The position numbers and the translations under genes are program-made. This document shows, one piece after another, positions 30,470 through 41,588 of a DNA stretch of 56,337 nucleotides. The notes under the pieces are model-generated. The model saw nothing but the letters and a program-made list of their open reading frames with translations. It did not search any database and was not told the DNA's origin. Source of the stretch: Bacteroidia bacterium (lineage in GTDB: Bacteria; Bacteroidota; Bacteroidia; J057; JANRLA01); contig JANRLA010000060.1 in NCBI GenBank assembly GCA_033763015.1, forward strand, positions 1 through 56,337, written 5' to 3'. Every line of letters begins with the position of its first letter. The first letter of the stretch is position 1.

Positions 30470-31765
30470 ATGCAACCGACGGTCCAGCGCATTGAAGACA
30501 AGGTCAACCTGACGTTTTTCCCCGAGCACCAGAAGGCCATTTACCGCCGCCTGGAGAGCAAGCACAGCCACGTCGAGATCGACACGAGCGATCCGCTCGA
30601 TACCCAGATGGTGCTCAATTTGGGCCCGCAGCACCCGGCCACGCACGGTGTACTGCGCTGCGTGCTGAAGCTGGACGGCGAACTGATTGAAAAATGCGTG
30701 CTCGACATCGGCTACCTGCACCGCGGCATCGAGAAGCTGGCCGAGTACAAAACGTACCAGGAGTTCATGCCCTACACCGACCGCATGGACTACCTATCGC
30801 CCTACAGCAACAACGTAGCGCTGTGCCTAGCGGTAGAAAAAGTGGCGGGCATTGAGGCCCCGCCCCGCGCCCAGTACATCCGCACCATTGCCTGCGAACT
30901 GGCCCGTATCTCGGCCCACCTGCTCAGCCTGGGCACGTTTTTGATGGACGCCGGGGCCATCTCGATGTTCATGTACACCTTCCGCGAACGCGAGTACATC
31001 TACGACATCTTTGACAAGCTGGCCGGGGTACGCTTTACCGTGAGCCACAGCCGCATTGGGGGCATCCAGTACGACATGACCGACGAAACGGCGGCCATGA
31101 TCGCCAAATGGGTGACGAGCTTCAAGAAAGAGCTGGCCGACTGGAACGCGTTCATCAACAAGAACCCCATTTTCGTGGGCCGCGTGAAAGGCGTCGGCGT
31201 GGTCACGAAAGAGGAGGCCATTGGGTACGGCTTTACCGGGCCCTGCCTGCGCGGTAGCGGCGTGGAGTATGACCTACGGGTGGCGGAGCCCTACCTGGTG
31301 TACAACGAGCTGGATTTCGACATCCCGGTGCGCACCGAGGGCGATGCCATGGCCCGCTACTTTGTGCGGATGGAAGAAATGAAGCAGAGCGCGCGCATCA
31401 TTGAGCAGTGCCTGCAGAAGCTGCCCAAGGGCATCATCCGCGCCGACAACGCCAAGCAGGCCTATGCCAGCAAGCAAGAGGTGTACTACAGCATGGAGGG
31501 CATGATCCACGACTTCATGATGACCGACGTGGGCACGGTGGTACCCAAAGGCGCCGAAGCCTACCACGCCATAGAGGCCCCCAAAGGCGAGCTGGGTTTT
31601 TACATCCTGGGCGACGGCACGGGCAGCCCCTGGCGGCTGAAGATGAAGAGCCCCAGCTTTGCCAACCTACAGGTGCTCGAGTTTATGATGGAAGGCGCGA
31701 TGGTGGCCGACACCGTAGTGCTCATCGGCTCGATTGACCCCGTGATGGGCGAAGCCGACAAATAG
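30470..31765 (+). CDS. nuoD: NADH-quinone oxidoreductase subunit D
   Basis: NLGPQHPATHGVLR, GYLHRGIEK, DRMDY, EAPKGELG and D.VMGEADK motifs. Confidence 0.96.
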   Translation: MQPTVQRIEDKVNLTFFPEHQKAIYRRLESKHSHVEIDTSDPLDTQMVLNLGPQHPATHGVLRCVLKLDGELIEKCVLDIGYLHRGIEKLAEYKTYQEFMPYTDRMDYLSPYSNNVALCLAVEKVAGIEAPPRAQYIRTIACELARISAHLLSLGTFLMDAGAISMFMYTFREREYIYDIFDKLAGVRFTVSHSRIGGIQYDMTDETAAMIAKWVTSFKKELADWNAFINKNPIFVGRVKGVGVVTKEEAIGYGFTGPCLRGSGVEYDLRVAEPYLVYNELDFDIPVRTEGDAMARYFVRMEEMKQSARIIEQCLQKLPKGIIRADNAKQAYASKQEVYYSMEGMIHDFMMTDVGTVVPKGAEAYHAIEAPKGELGFYILGDGTGSPWRLKMKSPSFANLQVLEFMMEGAMVADTVVLIGSIDPVMGEADK

Positions 31766-31779
31766 CCAACGCTTCTGGG

Positions 31780-32352
31780 TTAGAACCGAACCCCGACCCC
31801 GATGAGGAAGGGGATGACGGCATCGTTTTCTGGGACTTCGTCGTCGCCGACGAATACCTCGTCGCCATCGTTCACGCTGTCAAGCCCCGTGCGCAGGTGT
31901 AGGTACCAGCGGTCAGAAAGTGCGTAGTTGAGGCCCAGGTGGACGCCAAAGGCGCCGTAGCTTTCGGTTTCGGTGGCTTCGATCCGTCCGCCTTGGGTCC
32001 CGCGGAACACGTAGTCGCCGTTGTAGTTGTATACGCCCAGGCTAATGCCTGCAAAGGGGACCAGCTTACCCGAGCCAAAGTGGTAGGTGGCCGTTGCCAT
32101 GAGGGGCACGATGGAGAGGTCGGCTTCTAGCTCGCCATTCGGCTGCGCCTCTACCTCGCTTTCGACGAAGACCCCGGTGTAAAAGCCCACCGAAAAGTGG
32201 TCGCTAACGCGGTACTGAGGCCATACCAGCACCCCACCCCAGTCGTCTTCGTCGGACAGCGCAATGCCCGCGCCCAGGTTGATCTCAAACCCCTGCGCCG
32301 CCAGGCTTTGGCCCAACACCAGGAGGACCCCAATGCCAAGAAGTGTTTTCAT
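31780..32352 (-). CDS. Outer-membrane beta-barrel protein (OmpW/OmpA-like)
   Basis: Signal peptide; VPLMATATYHF, PFAGISLG; terminal IGVGVRF. Confidence 0.8.
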   Translation of the reverse strand: MKTLLGIGVLLVLGQSLAAQGFEINLGAGIALSDEDDWGGVLVWPQYRVSDHFSVGFYTGVFVESEVEAQPNGELEADLSIVPLMATATYHFGSGKLVPFAGISLGVYNYNGDYVFRGTQGGRIEATETESYGAFGVHLGLNYALSDRWYLHLRTGLDSVNDGDEVFVGDDEVPENDAVIPFLIGVGVRF

Positions 32353-32444
32353 GGCTGAAAGCTACGGCTAACCCGCCGAGAGTAGTTGCGCAGTAGATAA
32401 ATGATAGTCGTGCTTACCTTAGGGTACACTAACCTACACAACCT

Positions 32445-32963
32445 ATGAAAAACACTGTACTAGCACTCGCAGTGGCCGTTGCACTAACGGCCTGTGGCCC
32501 CAAGGCCGCCGAGGCCCCCAAAGGCCTCTTGAGCAAAGCTGATATCGTTGGCACCTGGATGGCCATTGATGGCGGCGAGATGACGTTCAAAACCTACCAA
32601 AAGGAGCCCAACGACACCACGGTAGCCAACACGGCCGCAAACCTGGCAGCCTGGGGCGTAACCCTGGGCCCAGCGGTGTACAAGGACGATGGCAGCTACA
32701 CCGCCCAAATGACCTTCAAGACCGCCAGCGGGCAAGACTCCTCGGTGACCGAGGTTGGCACCTGGGCGCTGAATGGCGACACGGTGAGCTTCCAGGCCAC
32801 TAGCCCCAAGGCCTATTCGATGCGCTACCTGAACACCGCCTACCAGAACGGTGTCTGGCAGTGGAAAACGCTGGACCCCTACGACTTTGACGAAGACGGC
32901 GAGGTGGACGACTTCATGAGCGGTGCCTCGAAAAAGGCAGAGGCCCCGGCCCCTAAGCAGTAG
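32445..32963 (+). CDS. Lipoprotein, lipocalin-like hypothetical
   Basis: Lipobox LTAC; IVGTW, DGSY and GTW motifs; DFDEDGEVDD possible Ca-binding loop. Confidence 0.7.
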   Translation: MKNTVLALAVAVALTACGPKAAEAPKGLLSKADIVGTWMAIDGGEMTFKTYQKEPNDTTVANTAANLAAWGVTLGPAVYKDDGSYTAQMTFKTASGQDSSVTEVGTWALNGDTVSFQATSPKAYSMRYLNTAYQNGVWQWKTLDPYDFDEDGEVDDFMSGASKKAEAPAPKQ

Positions 32964-32974
32964 CCACTCGCGAG

Positions 32975-33011
32975 ACACAGAAAAGGGCCCCACTGGGGCC
33001 CTTTTCTGTGT
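32975..33011. terminator. Bidirectional rho-independent terminator
   Basis: Perfect inverted repeat acacagaaaagggcccc-act-ggggcccttttctgtgt between convergent genes. Confidence 0.9.
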
Positions 33012-33023
33012 TTTTAACCTGGG

Positions 33024-33161
33024 TTAGAGGTTGAATACCACCCCAAGGTTGAAGGGGACGAGGGTAAAGTCGTCGGAGAAATCGAACAGAAGCGTGGCCT
33101 CGAGGGCAAGCTTGTCGCTGAGGTAATAGCGCGCACCACCGCCCAGGCTTGTAGGCCAAAC
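33024..33161 (-). pseudogene. C-terminal remnant of an outer-membrane beta-barrel gene
   Basis: Manual translation SLGGGARYYLSDKLALEATLLFDFSDDFTLVPFNLGVVFNL*; in-frame TAG at 33162-33164 upstream; no signal peptide. Confidence 0.65.
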
Positions 33162-33199
33162 CTACACGGATGCGGTAGATGCCATGTTCTAGCTAACGA

Positions 33200-33907
33200 C
33201 TACTTGGTGCCGGGGCCCAGCAGCAGTACAACGCCGAAGCTGAGGCTGTTGAAACTGAAGCTTGGGAAGAAGAATGTTTCGACACGATTCTCAACCCTCC
33301 CTATCTGATCAGTAACTGACTGATCTAGGGAAGAAAAATAGCTTTCCTGTACTGTAGAGTTCGAATAGTCCAGGCTAAAAAGAATAAAGCTAGCGGTAGC
33401 CAAGAAGCGCTCCGAAATTTTAACCTGCAGCCCCGGACGGATGCTAATACCAGCACCGTGTGAAGTTGTACTCCTTTCGAAGGCCTTGCTGCCCTGCGAA
33501 AAAAAATTTGTAAACTCATTTTTACGATAGGTGTAGGCTAGATCCGTTTCGGAGTAGACGTTTACCGCTTTCCACTCCGTATAGGTTGTTCGGAAGGAGG
33601 GCCCAATATTAAGCCCCAACTGGTTGGTTACTTCGTCGTCTGAGCCCGATGAGTAGGTTCGGTCCTGGGAAGAACCGAATACAAATATGGAACCGCCCCA
33701 GGCATTTTTTTGAGTGATCTGTTTGAACAGGCTTATGCCTACGGTACCCGAAAGGGAATTAAAACCGGTAGTTGAACCTGTGATCCCGCCGTCGGAATCG
33801 GAATCAGCGGAAAAACTGCCGGACAGTAGCCACTGGCCGGGCTCGATTTGGGCGGTTGCCGTGAGGCACAGGCCGCAGCAGAGGAATAGGTTATACAGTG
33901 CTTTCAT
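33200..33907 (-). CDS. Outer-membrane beta-barrel protein (paralogue A, more AT-rich)
   Basis: Signal peptide, QIEPGQWLLSGSF, RPGLQVK and terminal SLSFGVVLLLG. Confidence 0.75.
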   Translation of the reverse strand: MKALYNLFLCCGLCLTATAQIEPGQWLLSGSFSADSDSDGGITGSTTGFNSLSGTVGISLFKQITQKNAWGGSIFVFGSSQDRTYSSGSDDEVTNQLGLNIGPSFRTTYTEWKAVNVYSETDLAYTYRKNEFTNFFSQGSKAFERSTTSHGAGISIRPGLQVKISERFLATASFILFSLDYSNSTVQESYFSSLDQSVTDQIGRVENRVETFFFPSFSFNSLSFGVVLLLGPGTK

Positions 33908-33915
33908 GTGAAAAG

Positions 33916-33958
33916 TGTTAAAAGTCCGGCCTCAAGATGGCCACACGGACTTTTAACA
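33916..33958. repeat. 13 bp inverted repeat with 17 bp spacer upstream of OMP paralogue A
   Basis: tgttaaaagtccg ... cggacttttaaca. Confidence 0.7.
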
Positions 33959-34021
33959 GTTGTCAATGGCTTCCTAACGTGCCCTGGTTAACAGGTGCTT
34001 AAGAAACTGGCCACCTTGGGC

Positions 34022-34732
34022 TTACTCGCGCCCTTTGCCTAGTACCAGCTGCACCCCGATGGCGAGGCTGCCAAGCGAAAAGCCGGGGAAGAAGCCGTAG
34101 TCGAAGCTGCTCTCAGATACCTCACCGCGTAGGGCTACACTGCCCTGGTCGTCGAACTCGGTGATCTCGAGCGTCTCGTCGGTCATCGAGGCCCGGAAGA
34201 GCTCAAAGCTCAGGGTGACGACCAGGTTTTTGGCGGCCTTGACCTGCGCCCCGGGCCGGAGCGCGAGGTTGAACTGGTCGGTGGCACCGTCGGTGTTCTT
34301 AAAGCGCACGCCACCGGGGTTGAAGTCGTCGGCGTCGGCGGTCGCGTGGCGGTAGGTGAGCGAGAGGTCGGTGTATACGTTAATGAGCGGGGTGTTCGAA
34401 AAGAGCCGCCGGTGGGTGGGCCCAATGCTGTAGCCCTGCACGGTAGAGCGCCTGAGGGGGTTGCCAGAAGAGAAATCTTCGTCGCGACGGATGAAGTCGT
34501 AGCCCACCTCTAGCCCCCAGGCACCCTTGCTGCTGGTTTGTACCAGGAACTGGAAGGTGGCGTCGAGGTCGTCGCTGTCGGCGATAGGCCCTGAAGTCGA
34601 GCCGCCCTCGAGGTCCTGGGCCGAATTGGCGCCCTGAAAGCTGGCATTAAGCAAGAGCTGGCCGGGCTTGAGCTGGCCCGACGCCGAACCAGCTAGCAAG
34701 CCCAAAAGCAGGGCACACCACAGACTTCGCAT
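34022..34732 (-). CDS. Outer-membrane beta-barrel protein (paralogue B)
   Basis: Start MRSLWC at 34732; QLKPGQLLLNASF, RPGAQVK and terminal SLAIGVQLVLG match paralogue A. Confidence 0.75.
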   Translation of the reverse strand: MRSLWCALLLGLLAGSASGQLKPGQLLLNASFQGANSAQDLEGGSTSGPIADSDDLDATFQFLVQTSSKGAWGLEVGYDFIRRDEDFSSGNPLRRSTVQGYSIGPTHRRLFSNTPLINVYTDLSLTYRHATADADDFNPGGVRFKNTDGATDQFNLALRPGAQVKAAKNLVVTLSFELFRASMTDETLEITEFDDQGSVALRGEVSESSFDYGFFPGFSLGSLAIGVQLVLGKGRE

Positions 34733-34772
34733 GCCCAAAGATGAGCAAAAACCCTGCGTGGGCGCTGGGGGC

Positions 34773-36728
<1,956 letters not shown>

Positions 36729-36771
36729 TCATTCGTGCGGGGGCGGTGTAGATTCGGGGCTACGCCCGTCT

Positions 36772-37062
36772 ATGCTCCACCCCCGATTGCAGGAAACCGA
36801 AGAGGCGCTGCGCGCCGAAGGCCATGTATATACGTTCACGATTCAGTCTGACTGCATCCTGTGCAACGAAACTCAGGGCTGCTACGCGGCCGAATCCTTC
36901 AAGGTGGAAGAGATACACGCCTTTGGGAGCAAGCACGAAACCCGGCGCCTGCTCTATGCGATCGTATTTGAAGACGGAGATAGGGGCATGATTCTAGGGT
37001 TGGCCCGTGAACTGGAAATCATTGAGGACCCCGAGCTCTACAGCAAGCTGATGGTCATTTAG
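36772..37062 (+). CDS. Small hypothetical protein, divergent paralogue 1 of the 37558 family
   Basis: L..EG...F; C..T..C; F.VEE.H; LLYAI; LY.KL; aligns with the next two ORFs. Confidence 0.7.
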   Translation: MLHPRLQETEEALRAEGHVYTFTIQSDCILCNETQGCYAAESFKVEEIHAFGSKHETRRLLYAIVFEDGDRGMILGLARELEIIEDPELYSKLMVI

Positions 37063-37169
37063 CCCAGAACCTGTGGTTTAGCTTAACCACTTGCAAAGGC
37101 AAGCGCCAGGGGCCTAGCATTAACGCTGCATTGGGTGTAGCGCCGAAAAGCAGTGGGTTACTTAGTGCT

Positions 37170-37538
37170 ATGGAACCGACCCGACCGACCCCCAACCTGG
37201 TAACTGAAGACCTGCGGCGGTTTGCCCCACTGCAGCTGACCCAACTCTCTGAACGGGCTCAAGAGGTAGTCGCACAACTGCGGCTAAAAGGTGCTTCGAC
37301 ACTGCTCAACGTATATCCCGACTTCCTGGTGTGCCAGGAAACGGGTACCTGCCTTACGGCCGACGAGTTTGAGGTGCTCGAAGTGCACGCCGTGGCAACA
37401 GGCCCGGTGCGTGAACTGATTTACCTGGTGCACGTACCCAAGTATGACGCCCTGGACATCATTATCGGGCGCAGTGAGGAACTGCGCACCATCGACGAGC
37501 CCCAGCTCTACTGCAAACTGTTGGTTATCTGGTGCTAG
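37170..37538 (+). CDS. Small hypothetical protein, divergent paralogue 2
   Basis: CQETGTC, FEVLEVH, LIY and EL..IDEPQLYCKLLVI closely match paralogue 1. Confidence 0.7.
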   Translation: MEPTRPTPNLVTEDLRRFAPLQLTQLSERAQEVVAQLRLKGASTLLNVYPDFLVCQETGTCLTADEFEVLEVHAVATGPVRELIYLVHVPKYDALDIIIGRSEELRTIDEPQLYCKLLVIWC

Positions 37539-37557
37539 CTCGGTAGTAGATTCGGGC

Positions 37558-37863
37558 ATGCATCCTAATGCCTACGATACCCTTTCTCAGGCGGTAAACG
37601 ACCTAGTGGCGCGCGGGTTTACCCTGACCTTTCAGCTACGCGAAGGCGGCGTGTTCTGCGACACGCAGCAGCAGGAATTTCGGCCCGAAGCCTTCCGGGT
37701 CGTAGAGTTCCACCGGTTTGAGGGCAGCACCGACCCTGCCGACGAAGCCGTGGTGTATGCCATCGAAGCCAACAACGGTACCCGGGGGCTGCTAGTGACG
37801 GCCTACGGCGCGATGAGCAGCACCCTGAGCGATGAGCTGGTGCAGAAACTGCGCCTGGGGTAG
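37558..37863 (+). CDS. Conserved small Bacteroidota protein (family often labelled 'phosphoribosylpyrophosphate synthetase'; function unknown)
   Basis: YDTLSQAVNDL..RGFT..F, HRFEG.TDP.D.AVVYAIE and G.LV.AYG motifs; at ~100 aa it is far too short for a true PRPP synthetase. Confidence 0.8.
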   Translation: MHPNAYDTLSQAVNDLVARGFTLTFQLREGGVFCDTQQQEFRPEAFRVVEFHRFEGSTDPADEAVVYAIEANNGTRGLLVTAYGAMSSTLSDELVQKLRLG

Positions 37864-37899
37864 CCTGATATCGACATTCGCGTTTCACTTTTGCACCCC

Positions 37900-39708
37900 A
37901 TGAAACGCGTGTGGATGGCCCTGCTACTGGCAGGGCCGATAGCAGCCCTGGGGCAAACCGATAGCCTGGTGGCGGCCACCGATACGGTGGAGGTATTTGC
38001 CTCGCGTATTGTGTTCCGGACCGTGAGCCCGCTCCGGGTGGTCGCCTTGAACCAGGACCAGCTTGGAGCCCTGCCCGCCGTGAGCCTGAACGATGTACTG
38101 AGCTACGTGCCGGGGCTAGACCTGCGCGAGCGGGGGCCTTTTGGCGTGCAGGCCGACATCAGCATCCGGGGCGGTACGTTCAACCAGACGCTCGTCCTGC
38201 TCGATGGCCTGAAGCTCTCTGACCCCCAGACCGGGCACCACAACCTGAACCTGGCCCTGCCATTGGCGGCGCTGGGGCGGGTCGAGATCCTGAAGGGGCC
38301 GGGCGCGCGTGCGCTGGGCCAGAACGCACTGGCCGGCGCGGTCAACTTTGTGCCGACTACCGAGCTGGGGCCTAGCCTGACGCTCCAATACGGGCAGTAC
38401 GACCTGGCCAATGCTGCCTTTAGTAGTGGGTTTACCCGCGGCACGAGCCGGCACCTGGTGGGCCTGGGCTACACCAGCAGCGCGGGCTACGCCCCCAATA
38501 CCGACTTTGGCATCAGCCAGGCGGTGTACTACGGCCGCTACGCCCTGGGCAAGCAGACACTGACGGCCACCGGGGCCTACAGCGCGCGGCACTTCGGGGC
38601 CGACAATTTTTACTTCCCCGCCGGGCTGGAGTACGAGACCACCGAAAGCAGCCTCGCGGCCCTGGGGCTACGGGGGGGCAAGGTGACCGGCAACCTGTAC
38701 TACCGGCGGCACTTCGACGACTACCGCGCCTTCCGCGACCGGCCCACCACGGCCCGCAACCGCCACACGAGCGAGGTAGTGGGCCTAGACGGCACCTACC
38801 GTACCCAGGCCCTGGGGGGTACCACGGCCACGGGGTTCGATGTGAAGAACGAGCGCATCCTGAGCAACAACCTGGGCTCGCACCAGCGCTGGACCACCGG
38901 GCTGTACCTGGAGCAGGCCTGGGAGCTCGGCCCCTGGGTGATCAGCCCTGGAGTATACACCAACTGGTTTTCAGACTTTGGGTGGGCGGCCTACCCCGGC
39001 CTCGATGCTGCCTACACCGGCCTAAACAACACCAAACTGTACGCGGGGCTAGGCCGGGCCTACCGCATCCCGACCTACATCGACCTGTACCTGAATACCA
39101 GCAGCAACCGGGGCAACCCAGAGCTGGAGCCCGAACGGGCCTGGACCTACGAACTGGGCGGCGAATGGCGTACAGGCCCCTTCGATGCCAACCTGGCCCT
39201 GTTCCAGCGCAGCGGGCAAGACCTCATCGACTACGCCCGGCCCCTCGATGCCCCCACCACCGACCCCTTCACCGCCCGCAACGTGAACGACCTCACCACC
39301 CGTGGCCTGGAGGCAGGCCTGGGCTACACCCGTCGCCTGGGCACCGAGCGTGAGGTGCTGGCCCTGGAGGTGGGCTACACCTTCTTGGAGCAGAACAACG
39401 CGCCTGGCGCCTTCACCTCGCGGTACGTCTTCGATTTCTTGCGGCACCAGGTGGTGGCCAGGGCCCGCCTAACCACCCAGCGCTGGGCGCTGGGGCCCCA
39501 ACTGCGGTACGAAAAGCGCGTCAATGTGCGCGAAAACTACCTGCTCGACCTGCGGCTGGGCTACACCCTGGGCCCGGTCACGCTCACCCTCGAGGGTACC
39601 AACCTCTTCAACCGACCCTACGCAGACATCGGCGGGGTAACCCTGCCGGGGCGGTGGCTGCGGGGCGGCATCGTGTACCAGTTTGCCCGAAAACCAATCG
39701 CGTTCTAA
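37900..39708 (+). CDS. TonB-dependent receptor (BtuB-like)
   Basis: TonB box DTVEV, plug QADISIRGG..QTLVLLDG, RVEILKGP, GNPELEPE and terminal PGRW.RGGI.YQF. Confidence 0.93.
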   Translation: MKRVWMALLLAGPIAALGQTDSLVAATDTVEVFASRIVFRTVSPLRVVALNQDQLGALPAVSLNDVLSYVPGLDLRERGPFGVQADISIRGGTFNQTLVLLDGLKLSDPQTGHHNLNLALPLAALGRVEILKGPGARALGQNALAGAVNFVPTTELGPSLTLQYGQYDLANAAFSSGFTRGTSRHLVGLGYTSSAGYAPNTDFGISQAVYYGRYALGKQTLTATGAYSARHFGADNFYFPAGLEYETTESSLAALGLRGGKVTGNLYYRRHFDDYRAFRDRPTTARNRHTSEVVGLDGTYRTQALGGTTATGFDVKNERILSNNLGSHQRWTTGLYLEQAWELGPWVISPGVYTNWFSDFGWAAYPGLDAAYTGLNNTKLYAGLGRAYRIPTYIDLYLNTSSNRGNPELEPERAWTYELGGEWRTGPFDANLALFQRSGQDLIDYARPLDAPTTDPFTARNVNDLTTRGLEAGLGYTRRLGTEREVLALEVGYTFLEQNNAPGAFTSRYVFDFLRHQVVARARLTTQRWALGPQLRYEKRVNVRENYLLDLRLGYTLGPVTLTLEGTNLFNRPYADIGGVTLPGRWLRGGIVYQFARKPIAF

Positions 39709-41087
39709 CCCACCCTGCGTGTAAGCTTCAGCTGTAGCCAGCCGGGGCTGTGGGGGGCGAGGTCAAGAATTGCGCCCAACAGCTCGGTGCGGGCGGCAAG
39801 CTCAACCAGCGCGGGGTCGGTGAGCAAGGCCTGGGCCGTGGTGTGGCAGTTGGGGGTTTCTTTGAAGACCAGCTGGAGCTGAACCCCTGCCTCAACATCA
39901 GCGAGCACCCCATTGATGTGGTTGCAGCCTGGGTCTTTGAGCAGGTAGGCCACCAGGTCTTGCGTCAGGCGGTAAAAGGTGTACTCTTCTGAGGGGGGCA
40001 GCCGCTGGGTAAGCCCCTCTGCGCTGAACGACAGCGCGTGGCCAGGGTACTGCTTCTGCAGGTCGATAAAGTAGGCCCGCAGGCTGGGGCCCAGGCCAAA
40101 GTCTTTGAGCAGGTTGGGTAGCACCTGCTGGGTCATGCGCCGCACCTCAAGCACGGCATCGTTGAGCAGTGCCTTGCTGGCCTCGATGTGCTTGCCGCCT
40201 TCGCTGCTGGGCAAGGCTTCGAGGTTCATTTTGGCGGCGCTGAGCAGCTGGCCAATGCTCTCGTGCAGGGTTTCGGCGATGCGCAGGCGGTCGCGTTCTT
40301 CCAGCTCTACATAGGTGGTGAGTTTCTGGGCCGTAGCCGAAGCCACCTGGCCGCGCAGGCTGATGAGCAGCCCGCCATCGGCGCCCGAGCTCACCACGGT
40401 GCCCTCTACCTGGACCGAGCCACCCGAGGGGTGCACCAGCCGAGCCCCTGCAGGTAGTGCAACGGCCTCAGCGCGCTGGTGGTGGGCCTGTAGCCACCCC
40501 AGGGCAGCAGTTTCGTTGAGTTGCAGCCGATCGCCAAAGGGTTGGCCCTGTACCGAGGCGAGCGGCAAGCCCACCAGGGCTTCGGCCGAGGGGTTGAGGT
40601 AGAGTACACGCAGCTGGCCATCGAGCACTACCAAGGCATCGTTGACGACGGTAAAGGCCCGCTCGAGGGCAGCCGTTGCCTGCTGGCGGGCAAGAAAGTC
40701 TTGAAAGCGGTGCAGGGCCAGCTCAATGTTGGTGCTCAGGTCGGTGAGCTGGTACGGTTTGATGATGTAGCCGTAGGGTAAAATGGACTTCACCCGCGAG
40801 AGGGTGGCTTGGTCGGAGTAGGCGGTGGTGAAGATGATGGGCACAGGGTAGGACTCGAGCACCTGCCCTGCGGTTTCGATGCCGTCGAGTTCGCCACCGA
40901 GCTTAATGTCCATGAGTACCACGTCGGGGCGTAGTTCCAGGATTTTGACCACGGCCTCTTCGCCGGTCATAGCTACGTGTACGACGTCGTAGCCCAGTTT
41001 GGTGAGTTTCACCCGGGCATTCTCGGCAATCAGGATTTCGTCCTCTACGATAAATACGCGGGTGGGCGGGTTGGGTGTTGGTGTCAC
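39705..41087 (-). CDS. Response regulator-PAS-HisKA_3 hybrid with a degenerate ATPase domain
   Basis: REC (VEDE, LMDI, TAYSD, KP), PAS (LNPSAE), H-box IAETLHESIGQ; GTG start. Confidence 0.85.
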   Translation of the reverse strand: MTPTPNPPTRVFIVEDEILIAENARVKLTKLGYDVVHVAMTGEEAVVKILELRPDVVLMDIKLGGELDGIETAGQVLESYPVPIIFTTAYSDQATLSRVKSILPYGYIIKPYQLTDLSTNIELALHRFQDFLARQQATAALERAFTVVNDALVVLDGQLRVLYLNPSAEALVGLPLASVQGQPFGDRLQLNETAALGWLQAHHQRAEAVALPAGARLVHPSGGSVQVEGTVVSSGADGGLLISLRGQVASATAQKLTTYVELEERDRLRIAETLHESIGQLLSAAKMNLEALPSSEGGKHIEASKALLNDAVLEVRRMTQQVLPNLLKDFGLGPSLRAYFIDLQKQYPGHALSFSAEGLTQRLPPSEEYTFYRLTQDLVAYLLKDPGCNHINGVLADVEAGVQLQLVFKETPNCHTTAQALLTDPALVELAARTELLGAILDLAPHSPGWLQLKLTRRVG

Positions 41088-41284
41088 AGGGAGCGGTGCC
41101 GCCTTGGCACTACGTTATGTGTAGGTTATGTTGTGTAATGCCAGCGTTACAAAATCTGCGCCCAAGATGTACCTAGGTGGTTTGTAGTAGAACGTAGACG
41201 GCCTGTTGGGGTTTCGGTGTGTGACTATTGGAAAGCTAGGCGCTATTGGCTTATTTTGCAGGGAATTTACAGTAGTTACTCGGC

Positions 41285-41560
41285 ATGCACTTGACGAAAG
41301 AGGAGACGGCGGGCATTTTCGCGAAATACAGCCCGAAACAAGCGGCGAATGACAGTGGATCGGCCGAAAGCCAAATCGCACTTTTCAGCGACCGTATTAA
41401 GCACCTGACCGAACACCTGAAACAGCACCCCAAAGACAAGTCGACCCAGACCGGTCTGCTGCGTCTGGTGGGCAAGCGTCGGCGGCTTTTGGCCTACCTG
41501 CAACAGGTAGACATTGAGCGCTACCGCTCAATCATCAAGCTGCTGGGCATCCGCCGCTAA
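41285..41560 (+). CDS. rpsO: 30S ribosomal protein S15
   Basis: [34 protein letters not shown] and LGIRR motifs. Confidence 0.98.
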   Translation: MHLTKEETAGIFAKYSPKQAANDSGSAESQIALFSDRIKHLTEHLKQHPKDKSTQTGLLRLVGKRRRLLAYLQQVDIERYRSIIKLLGIRR

Positions 41561-41588
41561 GGCGCCTGCCCAGCCCCCCATTCTGTAT

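Noticed and set aside
41088-41284. S15 leader RNA or sigma-54 promoter (ttggcac at ~41104)
   Set aside because: No TTGC at the -12 position and no structure I could support.
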